Positions 59,773 through 64,000 of a DNA stretch of 64,000 nucleotides are shown here, one piece after another. Each line of letters begins with the position of its first letter. Positions within the stretch are counted from its first letter, which is position 1. The DNA lies in the NCBI GenBank assembly GCA_965221905.1, contig OZ244922.1, forward strand, positions 416,001 to 480,000. The letters are read 5' to 3'. The stretch comes from Chloroflexota bacterium (lineage in GTDB: Bacteria > Chloroflexota > UBA11872 > VXOZ01). The position numbers and the translations under genes were made by a program. The notes under the pieces were generated by a model that did no database searches, was not told the DNA's origin, and was given only the letters and a program-made list of their open reading frames with translations.

Positions 59773-61200
59773 GTGGATACAATTGATCGTTCCGTTCGGT
59801 TTCAACCGACACGCCGCCAGTTCCTTGCGGGCGGCGGCACTGCACTAACCGCAATGTTGCTCGTCGCCTGCGGACAAGCAGACACGGCAATGCCGGCCGA
59901 TGATGCACCCGCCGAGCAGGAAGCAGCCAAACCCGCCGCGGAGCCTCAGGCCGAGGCTGCCGAAATCAATGTTTGGGTTTGGTGGCCGGACCCAGTGGCT
60001 TCGGTCGAGCAGATGGGCGCGAACTACGAAGCCTCCAACCCCAACGTCAGCACGACCGTGGAAGCGGTCTCCGGCTATTGGGATAAGTTGCAGGCTTCCT
60101 ACGTGGGCGGCGCGGGCCCGGACATCTACTTGATGAATAGCGTGAACTATTTCGCGTGGTCGAACAAAGAGATACCGGCCGACATTACCGCGCAGTTCAA
60201 TGCCGATCCCATCGCGCAGGACTTTGCCGCAAACGCCTGGAAGACCGGCATCGACTTTTACACCTACAAAGGTGAAAAGATGTTCGGTGTGCCCGGCATG
60301 ATGACGAGCATCATCACGCTCTTCAATGAGGACGCCGTCAATGAGGGCGGCTTTGCGATACCGTCCGAGCTTGGCACGGACTGGAATTGGGACTTGCTCC
60401 AGGAGTATGCGATAAAGCTCACGGAGCGAGAGGGAGATAACATCACGCGCTACGGCATGTTCGCGGCTGACGCCCTCGAGCAAGGTTGGCTGAACTACGT
60501 GCGCGCCAACGGCGGCGACTTTCTGAGCGACGATTTGCGCTGCATCATCGATGAGCCCGAATCGGTTGAGGCGTGGAACTTCTGCGTGGACTTGGCGCTA
60601 AAACACCGGGTGTCCCCGTCGCGCGACCAGATCGCGGACTTGAGCCAAGGCATGGCAGGTCGTGGCGGCCACTTTGCGCTCTTTGGCAGCGGCCAGGTCA
60701 TCTTGTGGACGGCGGCCTCCAATAACGTCAAGTTCCTGAACGAGGCGTGGCCCGGCTCCGGTTTCACCTGGGACTACGGCTACGTGGCCGCTTCGCCCAA
60801 TACGGGCAATCCGGGCGGCACCACCAACATCGTTGGCTGGTGCGTGAACAGCAACACCAAGACGCCCGACCAGACGTGGGGCGTCTTTGCCAACATGATG
60901 ACCAAAGATTCCCAGGATATCCTGGCGCAGGCGGACGTGCTGCGACCGGCGCGCGATGACTCGGCCCAACTCTATTACGATCCGGAGGTCACGGACGGGC
61001 CCGCGAACCGCATCGCCGCGTTCGAGATGTTCCAGTGGACTACCAACTTGCCGACGCACGACGTCGTCTCCTGGGGCGAGATGCTTGGCCCGATGGGAGT
61101 CTGGGCGCCTCAGATCTTTGAAGGCGCCGTTGGCGTGGAGGAAGGTTTGAAGAACATGGCGGACGAGACAAACGCGCTCTTCGACGCCGCTATGTCATAG
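59773..61200 (+). CDS. ABC sugar-type substrate-binding lipoprotein (Tat signal)
   Basis: TRRQFL twin-Arg, LVAC lipobox, AGPDIY, WNWD. Confidence 0.85.
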   Translation: MDTIDRSVRFQPTRRQFLAGGGTALTAMLLVACGQADTAMPADDAPAEQEAAKPAAEPQAEAAEINVWVWWPDPVASVEQMGANYEASNPNVSTTVEAVSGYWDKLQASYVGGAGPDIYLMNSVNYFAWSNKEIPADITAQFNADPIAQDFAANAWKTGIDFYTYKGEKMFGVPGMMTSIITLFNEDAVNEGGFAIPSELGTDWNWDLLQEYAIKLTEREGDNITRYGMFAADALEQGWLNYVRANGGDFLSDDLRCIIDEPESVEAWNFCVDLALKHRVSPSRDQIADLSQGMAGRGGHFALFGSGQVILWTAASNNVKFLNEAWPGSGFTWDYGYVAASPNTGNPGGTTNIVGWCVNSNTKTPDQTWGVFANMMTKDSQDILAQADVLRPARDDSAQLYYDPEVTDGPANRIAAFEMFQWTTNLPTHDVVSWGEMLGPMGVWAPQIFEGAVGVEEGLKNMADETNALFDAAMS

Positions 61201-61263
61201 TCCAATTGCTATTGTCCAATCAAGGGGCTGTTGCCCAACAATAGGTCTGGACACAGGCGCGAT

Positions 61264-61297
61264 TCTAAGGCTCCGGCGGTCTTGCCGGAGCCTTAGA
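61264..61297. terminator. strong hairpin after SBP gene
   Basis: TCTAAGGCTCCGGC-GGTCTT-GCCGGAGCCTTAGA. Confidence 0.65.
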
Positions 61298-61524
61298 TGC
61301 TGATGCGTGCGTGTGGCGAACTGGGCCGACGGGGTCCATCTGATTTGGAGATGACCTTGTTAGAAACGCGAGCCGCGTGCTTGGGGATGTCTGCGGGCGC
61401 TCGCCCCGTATATCGTTGACGTGCATGGGTTTTCCCACTTAGGTATGCGCAAGTTGCGCTGAGTGACGGATTATTGATTGCGCGATTGCTCCGGCTTCAT
61501 TGACTCGAAAGTAACGGCAGGGAG

Positions 61525-62457
61525 ATGGCTATGCTGGACTACCGCTCGGAGGAAAAAGTCTACGCGTTCGACACGGCAGAGATACGCGGCACATTGCGCC
61601 CGGGCAACGAGTTTCCTCACCACGGCCTGACGCATTTGGTGCACAAGGCCACCGGCGTTGAGTTCGTACATCCGCTCTACGCAATTCTCAATCTCTACCG
61701 CTTCATGCACCGCGATCCGGCGGGCGGAGGCGCCACCGGCATGGACAGCGACCTCGGCAATCCGCGCCAGGGCGAGCGCCACGTCGAGGCGGACGACAGC
61801 AGCGTGACATTGCGTTGGGCATTGCAAGACCCATCTCATCCTGAAATGGCTATCCGCTACGAGATATTGGAACCGGCGACGATTGACATGACCGTCACTG
61901 TCACGCCGAATGCAGACGCACACGACTTCGAAGCTTTGCTGGCGTGCTACTTCGATCCGGCGCACGTGCCCCACGTCTACCTGGCGCGCGATAGATTCGA
62001 GTTGGAGGATGAGCCGGGCCGCTTTGGCGACGAGCCGGAGCTTGCGCCCGTGAACGTTAATCCAGTGTTTCGCGGCGGCGTGCTGGCCTATCCCCGTGAT
62101 GAAGACGCCGTCGGCATCAGCGTGGACGGGCGGTGGCGGGATATTGCCCGCTTCTCGCCGGTGCGACGGTACAAGATGCCGGTGTGCTTCCAGGCCGACC
62201 GCCAGCAGCGCGTGGCCGCCGTGCTAATGTCCCGGCCCGATGACTGCTTCGCCGTATCCAGTGGTTACGACAGTCCGGACGCGCGGGACCGCTTCCACAA
62301 GCACAATCCGCTCTACCTCTCGCTCTTTGGCGGCACGCTGGAACCGGGCGTCGTGCGCACGGCGCGGGCGCGGCTGGTCGTTACTGAGCTTGATGAGGAG
62401 TTGTCGCAACCGCTTCAGCACTATGCGGACTTCCTGGAAGAGGCAGGCAGCGCATGA
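61525..62457 (+). CDS. hypothetical protein (beta-rich)
   Basis: 310-aa ORF with GGAG upstream, coupled (ATGA) to the next gene. Confidence 0.7.
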   Translation: MAMLDYRSEEKVYAFDTAEIRGTLRPGNEFPHHGLTHLVHKATGVEFVHPLYAILNLYRFMHRDPAGGGATGMDSDLGNPRQGERHVEADDSSVTLRWALQDPSHPEMAIRYEILEPATIDMTVTVTPNADAHDFEALLACYFDPAHVPHVYLARDRFELEDEPGRFGDEPELAPVNVNPVFRGGVLAYPRDEDAVGISVDGRWRDIARFSPVRRYKMPVCFQADRQQRVAAVLMSRPDDCFAVSSGYDSPDARDRFHKHNPLYLSLFGGTLEPGVVRTARARLVVTELDEELSQPLQHYADFLEEAGSA

Positions 62458-63674
62458 CGATGCGCAAGCTTCACATTGCCGTGATCGGCGTCGGCGCGGA
62501 CCCCGGCTCGCGGGCGCGGCAATTTCTGGCGACGATTGCGCGGCTCACAGACCACTACGAGCTTGCCGCCATCTGCGACCGCAGTCCTGACGTATTGGCT
62601 CAGGTCGGCGCGCAATACGGCGTGCCGGGACAGTATGCCGACGTGCGCGCGCTCTATGCCGACATGCAGCCGGACGTGGTGCTCAGCCTGGCGCCGAAAG
62701 ACTCCCACATCGTCATGGCGCTCACAGCCGCCCGCCGCGGCTGCCACATAATTACGGAAATTCCGGTCGCCCTGACGCGCCGCCACGCCGCAGCTATCGC
62801 CGAGACCTGCCGGGAAAACGGCGTACTCTGGGAAGTGGCGGAGCAAGTCTGGCTCTGGCCCAAAGAGCGGCTGAAGCGGCAGATCATCGACGCCGGCCTG
62901 CTGGGCGACGTCACCCACGCTCGGCTCTGGTACCAAACAGGCCAATATCACGGCTTTAGCGGGATTCGGGCGCTGGTCGGCGCGCCGGCCGCGCGCGTGC
63001 TGGGTTATTGCGGCGAGGTCGCAACCGAACCCTACACTGCCTACGGCGGAGAGCCCGAAAACTCGTTGAAATGGGATTCGGGCGTTATCGAATTTGCCAA
63101 CGGCGTGGCGTGCCTATTTGAAAAGCCGCCGCGCGTCTTTCCATCCTCACACCGTACGTTCCCGAACGGCTGGGAGATCGAAGGCACGAAAGGCTACCTC
63201 AACCGGGACGTATTCGTGCAATACACAGCGGGTCCGTCTCTATCCTTCCCAATTCAGGAGCACTATGCAGAACAGTCAGGCGAAAAGGTGCTCGAATCTC
63301 TCTCCGTCGCCACCGATCCGCCGGTCATTTGGCGCAATCCCTATGTGGAATACGGCATCGGCTCGCCCGACGACGTGTCCAAGGCGGATATCTTAACTAG
63401 CTTCCACACAGCGATCGCAGAGGGGACACCGCCCCATTACGGCGTCGCAGGGGGTGTGCGGGACTACGAGCTTTGCCTGGCGGTGCGAGAGAGTGCCGAT
63501 CGTGGCAACACATGGGTCAATCTGCCTTTGGCCGCGCCGACGGCGGCGGAAGAGCAGATCGAGGCGGAGTTTCTGCGGCGCTACGGCCACGATCCAATCG
63601 AGGAGACCGAGGCTCTGCTCGATGCCACGTTTACACGGTCGGCCACCCTATGGCCGGTAGCCCATTGGCTGTAA
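62454..63674 (+). CDS. Gfo/Idh/MocA family oxidoreductase
   Basis: IAVIGVG, PDVV, H...A..A..G.HIITEIP, VAEQ. Confidence 0.85.
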   Translation: MTMRKLHIAVIGVGADPGSRARQFLATIARLTDHYELAAICDRSPDVLAQVGAQYGVPGQYADVRALYADMQPDVVLSLAPKDSHIVMALTAARRGCHIITEIPVALTRRHAAAIAETCRENGVLWEVAEQVWLWPKERLKRQIIDAGLLGDVTHARLWYQTGQYHGFSGIRALVGAPAARVLGYCGEVATEPYTAYGGEPENSLKWDSGVIEFANGVACLFEKPPRVFPSSHRTFPNGWEIEGTKGYLNRDVFVQYTAGPSLSFPIQEHYAEQSGEKVLESLSVATDPPVIWRNPYVEYGIGSPDDVSKADILTSFHTAIAEGTPPHYGVAGGVRDYELCLAVRESADRGNTWVNLPLAAPTAAEEQIEAEFLRRYGHDPIEETEALLDATFTRSATLWPVAHWL

Positions 63675-63697
63675 GCCAAGCCGAAACCTGCCGACCG

Positions 63698-63720
63698 GTA
63701 GCGCAGGTTTGCAACCTGCG
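63698..63720 (+). repeat. family B GTAG REP
   Basis: GTAGCGCAGGTTTGCAACCTGCG. Confidence 0.75.
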
Positions 63721-63836
63721 TCGCGGCAGCGAAAAGTGCGCATCGACCACAGGAAAGACTGCACAAGCCGCACTCGTCAGCACAATCGCAAACTGCATCG
63801 CGGTAGCATACTACGTGACTGGAGAAGAACGAGGGG

Positions 63837-64000
63837 ATGATGGCGCTGGACGGAACCGTTGCCTTAGTTACCGGCGCTTCCAAGGGGATCGGTCAAGCAA
63901 TCGCAATCGCGCTTGCAACCGCTGGAGCAGACGTGGGTGTCAACTACCACACCGACCGGGCGGGCGCGGAGGCCACCTGCGCGAAGATCGAGACGGCGGG
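63837..64000 (+). CDS. SDR family oxidoreductase (3' truncated by window edge)
   Basis: [23 protein letters not shown]...GADVGVNY. Confidence 0.85.
   Translation, partial: MMALDGTVALVTGASKGIGQAIAIALATAGADVGVNYHTDRAGAEATCAKIETA

Overview
GC-rich bacterial chromosome segment, tentatively Chloroflexota-like and possibly host-associated (inference from gene content only). It carries housekeeping genes (hisD, hisB, proC, iscS-like, rib operon, clpP/clpX, trxB, comEC, two tRNA-Ser) and sugar/organic-acid catabolic genes. The intergenic DNA holds at least four families of REP-like palindromes. Three accessory loci stand out. (1) A Type IIB/IIG-like restriction-modification locus (29346-33972). Its endonuclease-methyltransferase gene ends in what looks like a complete -1 programmed frameshift signal (SD-like AGGA, T_TTT_TTC, 6-nt spacer, long stem-loop) reading directly into a two-TRD specificity region that lacks a convincing start. 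That region is split in its inter-TRD linker by an IS5-family element whose removal restores the frame. (2) A 12-kb tandem array of four lipoproteins built almost entirely from about 89 PQQ-type beta-propeller blades, with module shuffling, compensated blade counts and duplicated promoters. (3) A coupled ABC/AAA ATPase plus TOPRIM-like (DUF3226-type) pair, a candidate defence system. All calls come from reading the sequence; no searches were run.
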